64,000 bases of DNA. Origin: an uncultured Armatimonadetes bacterium (GTDB taxonomy: Bacteria; Armatimonadota; UBA5829; DTJY01). Made by a program: the position numbers and the translations under genes. Each line of letters opens with the position of its first letter. Position 1 is the stretch's first letter. The notes below the pieces were generated by a model that saw only the letters and a program-made list of their open reading frames with translations, was not told the DNA's origin and did not search any database. Location: contig OY970325.1 in the NCBI GenBank assembly GCA_963717145.1, forward strand, positions 3,520,001-3,584,000, read 5' to 3'. Shown here one piece after another: positions 1 through 10,422 of the stretch.

Positions 1-1167
1 ACGGCGCGACTCGGGTCGTCATCATTTCGTGCGACCTGCTCTACCTGCCGATCGAGTTCACCGACGAGGTGCAGGCGCTCTGCCACGAGCGGTTCAACAT
101 CCCGGCGCGCTCCGTCCTGATCGCATGCACGCACACGCACGTCGGCCCCTGCACCAACACACGTTCCGTTCGGCGAGGTGAGTCCGGAGTACATGGACGG
201 GCTGCGGGCCTCGCTCGTCGAGGTGATCGGGCGAGCGCTCGATGACCTGGAAGAGGTGACTCTCTACGCGGGGACCGGCCGGCTCGACGAACTCGGCTTC
301 AACCGCCGCGGATGCCATTCCGACGGCCGGGCGGACATGTATCACGGAAGCTGGAACGATAACTTCGACGGCCTCGAAGGCCCGCGCGACGGGCGGCTTC
401 CCGTGATCTTCGCGCGGAGGTCCTCTGACGGCGGGCTGAAGTTCGTGATCCCGTCGTTCGCCACCCACCCGACCACGATGGAGGGCGACTGCTTCTACAG
501 CGCTGACATCCCTGGCTCCTTGCGCAACTTCCTCAGGCGAAACCTCGGCGACGAGATTGGCATCGTGTACCTCACCGGCGCCGCGGGAAACACTTCCCCC
601 ATGCAGCTCGAGGACAACCCCGACCGTGACCGGCCCTGGTACGACGAGGAGGGCTGGGAGCGGTGCGGGACCTACATCGGCGCGGAAGTCCTGAAGGTGA
701 TTGCCTCGACAACCGAGCCGATGGCCGACCCCGAGATCCGTCTGGCGCAGGCGGTCGAGAAGATACCGATCCGCCCGTATCCGTCCGATTTCGACCCCGA
801 GAAGCTCTCCTGGGGCAGGGATTACTTTGCGCCGTATCGTGACGACTGGCCGAGGATGCTTCGAGAGGAGAGCCCGGTCGATGTGCGGCTGAACGTCCTG
901 CGGCTTGGGGACGCGGTCATCTGCACGAACCCGGCGGAGTTGTACGTCGAGCACGGCCTCGGGATCAAGGATGCGTCGCCCGCGCGCGTCACCATCGTGA
1001 GCGAGCTGACCGACGGACACGTCGGCTACGTTCCGACCACAGAGGCGTTCGCGCACGGCGGATACTCGGTGTGGCCGGCGTGGTCCAGCAAGCTCGCGGA
1101 GGATGCGGGCGACAGAATCGTGGAGTCCACACGCAGCCTGCTCCGGGAGGCCTTCCCCGAGGGCTGA
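1..1167 (+). CDS. Neutral/alkaline ceramidase-like hydrolase, 5' partial, apparent frameshift near 160-178
   Basis: Frame 3 from the window start reads ...VIISCDLL...SVLIACTHTHVGP (ceramidase-type THTHxGP motif). It continues in ORF 178..1167 with FATHPT, SADIPG, GAAGN, PAELY and GYVPT..AF..GGY. Confidence 0.7.
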
Positions 1168-1242
1168 CCATCTCTAACTGAATCACCGTTGCACGTTCGG
1201 GGTATGACTGTAGCACGGTTATTCAGTGAGGAGGTCAGTACC

Positions 1243-1644
1243 ATGAGATTCGCCGGATATTCCGCGATCGCGGCATTGCTGTTGATTGCGCTTCTGCTGG
1301 TGGGCTGCTCGCGTTCGACCTCGCCAACCACCACGAGTCCGCCTCCAATGGGCAAGGCAACCGCCGGCCAGGTGATGGTCATGGAGAAGGAATGGTCCAT
1401 CACCCTTGACCCGGACACAGTGAAGGCGGGAAGCATTGAGTTCCATGTCATGAATGAAGGCAAGTATGCACATTCGATGGAGATCGAGGGACCGGGAGTT
1501 GAACAGTCGCTCCCGAGCAACGTGGATCCCAGCCAGTCCACGACCTTGACCCTGGACCTGAAGGCCGGGAAATACAACGTCTACTGCCCGATCGGCGGGC
1601 ATGCCGGCAACGGCATGAAGGCGACGCTGACCGTCATGGAGTAG
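1243..1644 (+). CDS. Cupredoxin-domain lipoprotein (blue-copper type)
   Basis: GAGGAGG before ATG 1243; lipobox LVGC; type-1 copper ligands H...YCPIGGH...GM. Confidence 0.8.
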   Translation: MRFAGYSAIAALLLIALLLVGCSRSTSPTTTSPPPMGKATAGQVMVMEKEWSITLDPDTVKAGSIEFHVMNEGKYAHSMEIEGPGVEQSLPSNVDPSQSTTLTLDLKAGKYNVYCPIGGHAGNGMKATLTVME

Positions 1645-1647
1645 GCA

Positions 1648-1694
1648 ATGGTTGATGGTTAATGGCGGACTGGCCCCGGTCAACCATCAACCAT
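1648..1694. repeat. Inverted repeat built from 7-bp units (TTGATGG-like); possible terminator
   Basis: ATGGTTGATGGTT (1648-1660) and AACCATCAACCAT (1682-1694), just after the cupredoxin stop. Confidence 0.6.
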
Positions 1695-1721
1695 GAACCG
1701 TTCCTCATCTCCGCCTGCATT

Positions 1722-3188
1722 GTAACAGTTCAGGCTTAGGGATTATTTTGTCTGTAAGAAGAAGGAACCTGCTGGGAGCGTCTCGAACCAAGGAGTGTGA
1801 GCGAGCAATCCAAGCCGACATACGAGGAGCTTGAGGCCAGGGTCAGCCAGTTGGAAGGTCTAGTTCCCCAACTCGTGGCGCGTATCGGCGACCTGGAGAA
1901 GGAGAACGAAGACCTTCGCGCCAGGCTTTCCGGCGGTGATGGCAGTTCCCCATCCGTGCCTGACTGGGTGAAGCCGAACCGCAAAGAGCGCCGGGCAGCT
2001 GAACGAAAGAAGCGCAAGAAGTCGTTCGTGCGCAGGCGGGAGACACCCACCCGTGTAGTCGAGCACGCGCACTCGAAGTGTCCGGACTGCGGCCGAGCGC
2101 TCACAGGGGGCACGGTAAAGAGACTCCGCCAAGTCATCGACATCCCCATCGTGCCTGTGGACGTAGTCGAGCACAGGTTCATCGCCAGAAGATGCGGATA
2201 CTGTGGCAAGAGTCATGTGCCGAAGGTTGACCTTTCCGGCCAGGTTGTAGGCAAGCATCGGGTAGGCGTGAACCTGATGAGCCTGATATCGTATCTTTCG
2301 ACGGTAGGTCGCATGACAAAGCGGACGATACAGGGATTGCTGAAGGCTCTGTATGGTCTTCAGCTCTCTGTGGGAGAGATAAGCGAGATATTGCACACGG
2401 TGGCAGACTGTGGCAAAAAAGAGAAAGAGCGGCTACTCTCGCTTGTACGTGGAAGCCCATACATAAACGCAGACGAGACGGGCTGGAGAGAGGATGGGCT
2501 GAACGGATACATCTGGACCTTCTCCACTAAGAACGTGCGCTACTTCATCTACCGGCGGAGTCGGAGTGGAGAGATCCCGAAGGAAACGATAGGCGGCGAC
2601 TACGAAGGGGTAGTGGTAACGGATTGCTATGCCGGATACAACCCGGTAGTTGCAGACCGCCAGATATGCTGGGCACATCTGGCCAGGGATCTGCACAAAC
2701 TGAAGGAGAGGAACGCGGACGACACGGGCGTCATCGCATGGGCGGATGCGGTGAAGGGTGTTTACGATCGGGCAAAGGAGTTCCGGAGCAAGAAGGCGGA
2801 GGTTCGCAAGTGGAAGCGAGTACTCTTCGAGGAAGAGGTAGAGGCGCTCTCAGGTCCGTATGTCGGCTCAGATGCTCCACAGCAGACGCTGGCAAAGAGA
2901 TTCATAGATCGCTTGCACGAGTTGTTCATGTTCGTAGAGTACCCGGAAGTACCGTCGGACAACAATGGCGCAGAACGAGCGCTGAGGCCGTGTGTGATCG
3001 CCCGCAAGGTATGCGGAGGCACACGAAGCGCGAAGGGTTCCGAGACAAAGATGACGCTCATGAGTCTGTTTGGCACATGGCACGTCAGGGGTCTGGACAT
3101 GCTCGAATCATGCAGGCAACTGCTCGCAGGCAAGTCTGTCCTCTTCCCTGCCTGATCAAACTCGTTATCCCCAAGCGTGAACTGTTAC
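1722..3188 (+). mobile_element. IS66-family element (single-ORF ISBst12-like group), copy 1
   Basis: Terminal IRs GTAACAGTTCAGGCTTAGGGAT and ATCCCCAAGCGTGAACTGTTAC; 8-bp TSD CCTGCATT at 1714-1721 and 3189-3196. Confidence 0.95.
1797..3155 (+). CDS. IS66 family transposase
   Basis: Coiled-coil N-terminus, CPDCG and CGYCG zinc finger, ADETGW, TDCYAGY, QICWAHL, DNNGAERALRP. Confidence 0.95.
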   Translation: MSEQSKPTYEELEARVSQLEGLVPQLVARIGDLEKENEDLRARLSGGDGSSPSVPDWVKPNRKERRAAERKKRKKSFVRRRETPTRVVEHAHSKCPDCGRALTGGTVKRLRQVIDIPIVPVDVVEHRFIARRCGYCGKSHVPKVDLSGQVVGKHRVGVNLMSLISYLSTVGRMTKRTIQGLLKALYGLQLSVGEISEILHTVADCGKKEKERLLSLVRGSPYINADETGWREDGLNGYIWTFSTKNVRYFIYRRSRSGEIPKETIGGDYEGVVVTDCYAGYNPVVADRQICWAHLARDLHKLKERNADDTGVIAWADAVKGVYDRAKEFRSKKAEVRKWKRVLFEEEVEALSGPYVGSDAPQQTLAKRFIDRLHELFMFVEYPEVPSDNNGAERALRPCVIARKVCGGTRSAKGSETKMTLMSLFGTWHVRGLDMLESCRQLLAGKSVLFPA

Positions 3189-3250
3189 CCTGCATTGACT
3201 CCGGCATGGCCGCCTGTTAGAATGCGGACGAGAGGATTCTGACAGTGGCC

Positions 3251-4804
3251 ATGCCCGGACAATCCCAACCTCATCAGGAAGTCGCCGAACGCCCGTATCG
3301 CGGCATCGATCGGTTCTTCCGGAGACACGAACTCGCTATCATACTCTCGCTCTGCGTCCTCGCCGCCATCCGCGTGCTCGCATTCAGTGCGGGCTTCCCG
3401 CCGTTCACCAATATCGACGAGCAGGCGCACTACAGCTTGGTACTCGACTATGCCGAGGGGCGCATCCCGGCTAATCTCGAGAGGTACAATCCGCAAGCCG
3501 GAGGGGTCATCGCGAGGTATGGCTCGCCGGAGTATCTCGCCTCTCAGGAGAGGTTCGACCAGGGACTCGTGCGGCCACCTTTGAAAGACCTTCCGCCGGA
3601 ACTGGCCGATGCGATCGCCGCCCGGGCTACGGAGGAGTGGAGATCGCGAACGAATCTCGAAAGTACGCAGGCGCCCGTATACTACGCCGCCGCCGGAGCG
3701 TGGTACCGGCTCGGGGAGCTATTCGGCATCCATGATATTCGTCTGGCCTACTGGATACGGTTCCTCAACGTTCTGATCTGCGGGCTGTTGGTGTGGACCG
3801 CCTATGCGTTCATCCGCCAGCTCTATCCCGGCAACCTGCTCCTGCGAACGGGAGTTCCGCTCCTGCTGGCCTTCTTTCCACAGGATGTGTTCTACAGCAT
3901 CAACAACGACGTGATGACTCCGCTTCTATATGCCGTAGCGTTCTACTCGCTGCTCAGGATCGGCCTGGAAGAGAGCAGGACTCGCGGCCCATATCTGGTC
4001 GCCGGGCTCTCGATTGCCGCCGTGATTTTGGTCAAGATGGGCAACGTTACGATCCTTGTGCCCATGGCGCTCGTGATATTGGCCCTGCTTCGGAAAGCGC
4101 GCTCAGAGGGCCGACTCAGGGAGACACTTCGCCTCATCGGGCTGATGGTTGGGGCGGCAATCATACCGATCGCAGTCTGGATGGCGCGAAACTACATCGG
4201 TTCCGGCGATCTGACCGGCGCGAGCGAGAAGATCAGCGCCCTCACGTGGACCTACAGGCCACTGGATGCGATCTTCGATCATCCGGTGTTCGGACCTGCC
4301 GGGGCGTGGACGTTCATCAGCGGACTTATCGTGACGTTCTGGCGGGGCGAACTCGTATGGCACATGGTCCGCATGGCGATGCGATCGGCCGACATCTTCT
4401 ATATCGCATCGACGCTGCTGTTCACCACGGCCGCGGTCGTCGCCCTGATATGGAGGCGCGGAGAGCAACCGGCCGGCGAACGGTATGCGGGATGGATGGG
4501 GATATCCGCTCTGGCGGCCTCCGTGGGATTGATGTTCATGCTGTCGATCATGTTCGATTTCGGATACTGCTTCTATCCCTCGTGCGAGGCGCCGTTTCTG
4601 ACGTCGGGCCGGCTCATGTCGGGGGTGATGGTCCCGTTCCTGGTGCTCTACATCACCGGCCTCGACTGGCTAATGTCGCGCGCCCGGCTCCCGATCAGCC
4701 GATTGTGGGTGCTGCTGGTGATCGTCGCCCTGATCACGGCCTCCGAGATCGCGATCAACCTTCCGGCATTCCACAGCCCGTACAACTGGTTCCACTTGTC
4801 CTGA
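3251..4804 (+). CDS. Multi-pass membrane protein, GT-C/DUF2142-like glycosyltransferase
   Basis: PPFTNIDEQAH after the first TM helix, QAPVYY, INND motif, many TM segments. Confidence 0.65.
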   Translation: MPGQSQPHQEVAERPYRGIDRFFRRHELAIILSLCVLAAIRVLAFSAGFPPFTNIDEQAHYSLVLDYAEGRIPANLERYNPQAGGVIARYGSPEYLASQERFDQGLVRPPLKDLPPELADAIAARATEEWRSRTNLESTQAPVYYAAAGAWYRLGELFGIHDIRLAYWIRFLNVLICGLLVWTAYAFIRQLYPGNLLLRTGVPLLLAFFPQDVFYSINNDVMTPLLYAVAFYSLLRIGLEESRTRGPYLVAGLSIAAVILVKMGNVTILVPMALVILALLRKARSEGRLRETLRLIGLMVGAAIIPIAVWMARNYIGSGDLTGASEKISALTWTYRPLDAIFDHPVFGPAGAWTFISGLIVTFWRGELVWHMVRMAMRSADIFYIASTLLFTTAAVVALIWRRGEQPAGERYAGWMGISALAASVGLMFMLSIMFDFGYCFYPSCEAPFLTSGRLMSGVMVPFLVLYITGLDWLMSRARLPISRLWVLLVIVALITASEIAINLPAFHSPYNWFHLS

Positions 4805-4904
4805 CGAAGCCTCCGTAACTTCGGCGATCCTGAACCGTATAACCGCATGGTTGCTGGGAATTTGGATTGATTTGGGAATCATCAACGTCGCAGGGAGGTT
4901 TGAT

Positions 4905-5999
4905 GTGAGAAACTTCGTGGCCGTGGTCTTACTCGTGCTGATCATCTCGGCGCTGGGGTACTTGGCACCACCCGCCAAGTACACCCTCTACTACATCGAC
5001 ACTACGCACAACGTGTCGAAGGTCGGGATCGACTCGACCGGCCATCCGGTCGGGAAGCCAAAACGGCTCACGTCGGGCGGTAAGTACGACGCCTACAGCG
5101 TTTCTCCGGATGAGAAGTATGTCGTGGGGATACAGAATGTGAAGCCGATGAGCAACCTCGATGGCCATTGGACTCAGTACATCGAAGTCACCGGCGGCAG
5201 TCGCGTCACTGCACTGATGAATGGAAAGGCTATCTGGGCGGATGGCCTGCCCTCGGTCAGGTGGGCGCTTTCTCAGGGGATCATTGTGTACGACCTTCCG
5301 GGCAATGTGGGGTACTCCTCCTTGCTCTTCACCATCAGCGGCCGCAAGCTGCCTTTTGAGTCCGAGACCGACTTCATCGAAGCCTTATCATCCGATCAGA
5401 GGCTTGCCTTCGTAAGGGAGTTGGTGTGCTGTGGCAACACATATCCAGGGGATTTCGGTATCATTGATCTCCGCTCCGGCAAGCGGACCATGCTCATGAA
5501 GTCGGATTCCCAGGAAGCGACGGTGTGGTTTGGCAAGACTCATCGATTTGCCTTCATAGACGGCGGAGGTCGCGCCTGGGCAGGCGAGGTATATCCTTCC
5601 GACGGGAATCCCAAGGTCACAAAGTGGCCGCTAACCCGCTACGGCGGATGCACCGATCTGCGGTACATAGCTGGGAAGGGCATCTACTTCGTGCAGAGGT
5701 CGAGTGATCGTAGCACCAGAGCCTACCTTACCTCAGACCTGAGAGACCTGAGGAAAACATCGGGTCTTCCAATGCCTGCCATGCCAAACACACGTCAGAT
5801 TGCCATAGACCGAATGCTGACCGGCATTCGGGGCGCATGGACGAGCACCGTGAGCCTGACTTCCGACCTCAAGCTCCTGGCCGTTCCGGTTGACGTGCGG
5901 CAGGGAGGGATGCCGGAGATCCGCGTCGTCACCCGTGACGGCAAGTCGGTCACCATCGCGCGAGGGAAGTTCCCGCACTGGACAGGCGACCTGGAGTAA
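4905..5999 (+). CDS. Exported hypothetical protein, possibly TolB-like beta-propeller
   Basis: GGGAGG before GTG 4905; signal peptide; SVSPDEK and SSDQRL repeats. Confidence 0.5.
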   Translation: MRNFVAVVLLVLIISALGYLAPPAKYTLYYIDTTHNVSKVGIDSTGHPVGKPKRLTSGGKYDAYSVSPDEKYVVGIQNVKPMSNLDGHWTQYIEVTGGSRVTALMNGKAIWADGLPSVRWALSQGIIVYDLPGNVGYSSLLFTISGRKLPFESETDFIEALSSDQRLAFVRELVCCGNTYPGDFGIIDLRSGKRTMLMKSDSQEATVWFGKTHRFAFIDGGGRAWAGEVYPSDGNPKVTKWPLTRYGGCTDLRYIAGKGIYFVQRSSDRSTRAYLTSDLRDLRKTSGLPMPAMPNTRQIAIDRMLTGIRGAWTSTVSLTSDLKLLAVPVDVRQGGMPEIRVVTRDGKSVTIARGKFPHWTGDLE

Positions 6000-6010
6000 G
6001 CACCTTCGCA

Positions 6011-7885
6011 TCATGCCTCCAGGAGCGGGAACTCCGTGATCCGGAGCTTCGCGCAGCCGTAGGGGATGAGCGTCAGCTCCTCGACCGGCTCGGATGACTT
6101 CGCCGGGCTCTGCGGGAGCGGGCCGGCTTGGTTGTCGACCAGCTGCCACTCCGGGAGCTTCCGCCCCTTGACCCTCAGCTCGATCGGCGCGAACTCCGGG
6201 CCGTAGACCACCTCACCGACCGACTTCTTCACCACCTCGACCTGCCGGCTTCTCTGGGTCGAGCAGCAGCCCATAGTTCCACGGCGTCGTCGGATGGACC
6301 GCATAGTCCGGCAGCATGGATCCTCCCCTCTGATCTTCTCCCACCGCTCGCCGATCTTGAGCGAGTAGACGAGCGGCCCGCGCTTGAGCGTCACCGAGTC
6401 GTTGAACCGGCGCTCGACCGCGACCTTCATCGGGAATCGAAGCTCGACCACATCGCCATCGTGCCACTCGCGCTCGATCGAGTGAAACGTCCCCGGCTCG
6501 GCATGGTCGGCCTCCCCGTTGATATGGACGCTCACTCCCTCGGCCCACGCGGGAATCCGGAACCTGAGCGGGAAGGCTGCCGCGTGCTCGAGAGGTGGAC
6601 GGTCACCTTGATCGTCTCGTCGAACGGGTAGTCGGTCTCCACGTCGACGGTGACGCTTCCTGCCCGCCTCGGACCTTTGCCTTCACCTGGCACGGACCGT
6701 ATGCCACCGCCGCGAGACCCTCATCGGGCGTCGCCATCCAGAGGTTGGCGGCGAACTTCGGCCAGCCCTGGTGCAGGTTCGCCGTGCAGCACCCGTAGTT
6801 CGGCTCGAGGCCGAAGAGGTTGGACGTCATCGCTGTTGTTCGTCCAATGACGCTTGTCGATCGTGCAGAGCACCTGGTTCGCCTGCTGATCGTATTGATG
6901 CTGCCACATGTCGGCGGTGAACGTGCCGGGGAGCGCGTTGTAGGCGATCTTCTCCAGCCGGTCGCCGAACGCCGGGTCGCCGAGCATCTGCATCAGGTTC
7001 TCCAGCGAGAACATGTACTCCACGACCGCGCACAGCTCCGTGCCCTGGGTCGGATTCTTGCCGGCATAGTGCTCGTCGCCGGTGAAGATGCCGACCGCCG
7101 TGCCGTGATACTTGTCGAGCATCTCGATGCGTCTTTCCGACCGCGTCCTTGTGCTCCTCCCAGCCGGTCAGGACGTACTGCACGCCGGGAGTCTTCGCCG
7201 CCATGCCGTTGTTCACGACGTGCGTGCGCATCCCGAAGGCAAGCGTCTGCTTCTGGGTGTGAGCGAAGTCGGTGAAGTGGTAGCTCCAGTCGTAGCCCTG
7301 GCGCATGATGTCGTTCGCGAGTTCGATCAGCTCGGGGTCGCCGTTGCGGTTGTAGAGCCAGATGATGCTGAGGACGCGTATCCGCCCAGCGGACCTTCGC
7401 CCAGGTGTACAGATGCCGGTTGTTCGGAAGCTCGCGCTTCATGTACTTGAAGAACCGCTCCATCAGCGGGATCACGCGCGGGTCGCCGGTCGCCTCCTGA
7501 TACTGCGTGAGCACCTTGAGGATGATCCCGAACGGCCACCAGTCGTTGAGCGACTTCGGGCCGAAGTGGCCGCGCTCGTCCTGGCTGTCGAGAGTCCAAT
7601 CCATCCATTGCTTCGCGATGCCGATCAGCTTCTCGTCGTCCAGGAGGATACGCGAGCGGAACGAGGCCGTCGAGGTAATACGGCCCGCGCTCCCAGCTCT
7701 CGCCCGTGCCGCCGAGCCACCCGCTGTTCGGCCCGAGCGACTCCCAGAACTCCGGCAGCATGCCCGGTCTGCCCATTCGCCTGTATCGCGAGTTGTCTCT
7801 TCAGCCATCCCTTCGGCTTGACGCTCCCCAGCGGCAGGAAGCTGAACGCGGTCTCCTGCAGCGGTTGGCGGTTCGATGTATGCAT
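6011..7885 (-). CDS. GH127 (DUF1680) beta-L-arabinofuranosidase-like glycoside hydrolase, several frameshifts
   Basis: Fragments in different frames join into one GH127: [66 protein letters not shown]. Confidence 0.8.
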
Positions 7886-7906
7886 CCTGAAGGCCTCCGA
7901 TTCCGG

Positions 7907-8003
7907 TCGGGAGGGCGAGGCTCCGTCCGAGCCGGATGCTCCGGTAGCCCCACTTCGTTCTGCTGCCGAAGCATCCGGCTCGGACGGAGCCTCGCCCTCC
8001 CGA
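7907..8003. repeat. Long inverted repeat (REP doublet/MITE-like)
   Basis: Perfect 34-bp arms: TCGGGAGGGCGAGGCTCCGTCCGAGCCGGATGCT (7907-7940) and its reverse complement (7970-8003). Confidence 0.9.
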
Positions 8004-8004
8004 C

Positions 8005-8043
8005 TACTCCCACACTCCCATACTCCCACACTCCCATACTCTC
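8005..8043. repeat. 8-bp tandem repeat (CTCCCAYA)n
   Basis: tactcccacactcccatactcccacactcccatact; the same unit recurs at 19942-20002. Confidence 0.85.
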
Positions 8044-8086
8044 CTCCCCGGAAGGACATCCGGTCGATCGAATAGAAATCAACAGC

Positions 8087-8740
8087 ATGCAAGCGGACAG
8101 AATGTGCGCCATTTTCGGTGATATCGTCAAGTCGCGAGTGACCCTGGAGCGGGCCGAACTGCAGAAGCGCATCCATGTGGCGGTCGGTCAGGTGAACGAA
8201 CGCTTCCGGGACCACATTGCCATTCCCTTCCGCATCATCGCCGGCGATGAGATCCGCGGCCTGCTCAGGGATGACACGTGCAGCTACGAGTTGATCCTCA
8301 CGATCGAGAGGGCGATCTGGCCCGCTCGAATGCGCTACTCCATCGGCATCGGAGGCATCACCACGGACCTGTCGGAGAGCATCGACGCCATCGACGGGCC
8401 TGCGCTCCACAGGGCGAGCGAGGGCATGGACCTCCTCAAGAACAGGAAGCGCGCTCATGGCCGATTGATCCTCTTCCGCTCGGACGATCAGGCGCGTGAT
8501 GACCTGCTCAACGCGCTGACGTTTCTCGTAGATTCGATCAAGAGCCGCTGGACGGCCGAGCAGTTCGAGCGCGCGTTATTGGCTCAGTCAGGCCTGTCTG
8601 TGGCCGAGATTGCTTCGCGACTCGGGATCAAGCAGCAAGCCGTAGCCAGGTCCATCTCCACGGCGATGTACCCGACCGTGGAGGAGGGGTCCAGGCAGAT
8701 CGGCCTGCTGCTCAAGAATAACAACGCAAATGCGTTGTAA
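8087..8740 (+). CDS. satD: SatD family protein (nucleotidyl-cyclase-like N-terminal domain plus C-terminal HTH)
   Basis: [28 protein letters not shown] and DGPALHRA motifs; C-terminal [22 protein letters not shown]. Alternative start at 8102. Confidence 0.85.
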   Translation: MQADRMCAIFGDIVKSRVTLERAELQKRIHVAVGQVNERFRDHIAIPFRIIAGDEIRGLLRDDTCSYELILTIERAIWPARMRYSIGIGGITTDLSESIDAIDGPALHRASEGMDLLKNRKRAHGRLILFRSDDQARDDLLNALTFLVDSIKSRWTAEQFERALLAQSGLSVAEIASRLGIKQQAVARSISTAMYPTVEEGSRQIGLLLKNNNANAL

Positions 8741-8883
8741 TCAGGATAACAACGCAAATGCGTTGTTATCTGGGTTGAAACGCATCTGCGTTGCAATCCG
8801 GATAGCAGCCAGATGTGGCTGCGAACCCGATGACACCCTGTGGCGGGTGTTATCCGGATAACACCCGAACTCGGGTGTTATCC
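8716..8883. repeat. Array of six contiguous 28-bp palindromic units
   Basis: Units start at 8716, 8744, 8772, 8800, 8828 and 8856. Consensus is roughly GGATAACA-N12-TGTTATCC and each unit is self-complementary. Confidence 0.9.
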
Positions 8884-8900
8884 ACTGCGGAGGACCGAAG

Positions 8901-9668
8901 ATGGTACGCCAACTCCTGCTGATCCTGCTGATATCCCACATCATCGCCGACTTCGCCGTTCGTCGGGAGGTCCTGGGGCAGAAGAACGGCGCGCGGACGA
9001 GCGCCTCATGGCCGCACCTCTTGGTCTTCGTCGGCCTCAACTCCCTCGCGTTTCTCTGCATCGCGTTCCTGAACGGCAGTATCTCCGCAGTTCCCTGGAT
9101 GGCATACTCGCGCCTCGTCCTGGGGGTCGCTCTGTTCCATTGGCTAGTCGACCGCGTCTTCCAGCGCACCGGCCTGTGGGATAGGGAGAAGGTCGGATCG
9201 CGGCAAAGATGGCTCTACGTGATCCAGCAGGCACTCAAGATCGTCTTCATACTCCTTGCGGCCGGCGCCGGCGGGACCGTCAGCTTTCCCGGGGATGGCA
9301 TCAAGCCGCTCGCATACGTGTTTGGGTACGCATTCTCGTTGTTCGCCGGGGATGCGTTCGTCTGCCTGGTATTGACCAAGCTCACCTGGACCACTGATAA
9401 GGAAGCGGTCTCCGAATCAGTCGCGGGAGGCGGGCGGCTGATTGGAGTCTTCGAGGCGATTCTGGTCACCACCTTTGTGATAGCGCATCAGTACGCAGCG
9501 ATCGGGGTCATACTTGCGGCGAAGTCACTCGCGCGGTTCGAATGGCTGAAAGACCACGAGGGCCGAGCCGAGTACTTCCTCGTGGGCACGCTCGCGAATC
9601 TGACCTGGTTGGCGCTCGGAGGGCTGCTCGCCCTCTGGTTCGCGGGCCGTGCACTCTTCCCCGGCTGA
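8901..9668 (+). CDS. DUF3307 (SatE-like) membrane protein
   Basis: GGAGG RBS; LLISHIIADF and HWLVD motifs; C-terminal GRLIGVFE...AAKSLARF...AEYFLVGTL. Confidence 0.8.
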   Translation: MVRQLLLILLISHIIADFAVRREVLGQKNGARTSASWPHLLVFVGLNSLAFLCIAFLNGSISAVPWMAYSRLVLGVALFHWLVDRVFQRTGLWDREKVGSRQRWLYVIQQALKIVFILLAAGAGGTVSFPGDGIKPLAYVFGYAFSLFAGDAFVCLVLTKLTWTTDKEAVSESVAGGGRLIGVFEAILVTTFVIAHQYAAIGVILAAKSLARFEWLKDHEGRAEYFLVGTLANLTWLALGGLLALWFAGRALFPG

Positions 9669-9763
9669 TCGTCCCGAAACCAGCTCTTAACCTCCCCGAA
9701 ACACGGATGAAACGTCGCGTCGGTATCATATGCGTGACTGAACACATCGAGGAGGACGCGCAC

Positions 9764-10420
9764 GTGAACAAGAGAGCAGTTCTCATAGCTTTGATGGCTT
9801 CCGCCATGATGGCGATCGGAAGCGCCGCCTATGCCACGCCATCCACACTGATCTGGATACCATCGACCGACATCCAGAGCGGCTCGATGCACCTCGGGAT
9901 CGATATCTACGAGGCATCCGGGGATGGCGACCTTCCGACCGACTACGGGCTGACGTTCGGCAACGGGGAGTTCGAGTATGGTGTGGACTACTTCGAGGGG
10001 ATCGACGATCCGGTCTTCTTCAATGCCAAGGCGCTGCTCATAGACGAGTCGCCGACATCGCCCCGACTGGTCGCCGGAGTCTACGGCCTGGGGACCAGGA
10101 GCGCCACATCCTCCAGTATCATCTATCTACTTGGCAGCAAGACCTTCCCCATCGGGCGCTTCACCGCCGGCTATGGTGTCGGCAGGAAGGCGGCTCTGGG
10201 TGAGGACAACGCGATGATCCTGCTCGGATTCGACAAAGCCTTGAGCGACAGATGGTGGGCAGCCGTCGACTACCAGGGTGGCAAGAGCGCATTCGGCGCG
10301 CTGAACGCGGGCGTGGCGTACACCTTCAGCCCGACTACCAGCGTCATAGTCGGTCGGGACTGGTACAACGATCGCTCTATCCCGGATACACTCACCGCTC
10401 AGCTCGACATGAACTTCTGA
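9764..10420 (+). CDS. Exported protein, probable outer-membrane beta-barrel
   Basis: GAGGAGG RBS, signal peptide ending AYA, alternating beta-strand pattern, C-terminal Phe. Confidence 0.55.
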   Translation: MNKRAVLIALMASAMMAIGSAAYATPSTLIWIPSTDIQSGSMHLGIDIYEASGDGDLPTDYGLTFGNGEFEYGVDYFEGIDDPVFFNAKALLIDESPTSPRLVAGVYGLGTRSATSSSIIYLLGSKTFPIGRFTAGYGVGRKAALGEDNAMILLGFDKALSDRWWAAVDYQGGKSAFGALNAGVAYTFSPTTSVIVGRDWYNDRSIPDTLTAQLDMNF

Positions 10421-10422
10421 CG

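Noticed and set aside
6011-7885. Several small separate genes
   Set aside because: The fragments are consecutive parts of one GH127 gene.
7706-8086. N-terminal extension of SatD (likewise tkt from 47374 and the ORFs from 19890 and 19989)
   Set aside because: The extensions are translations of intergenic repeats; better starts lie downstream.
8716-8883. CRISPR array
   Set aside because: The units are contiguous with no unique spacers, they diverge from one another, and no cas genes are present. Reported as a palindromic array instead.
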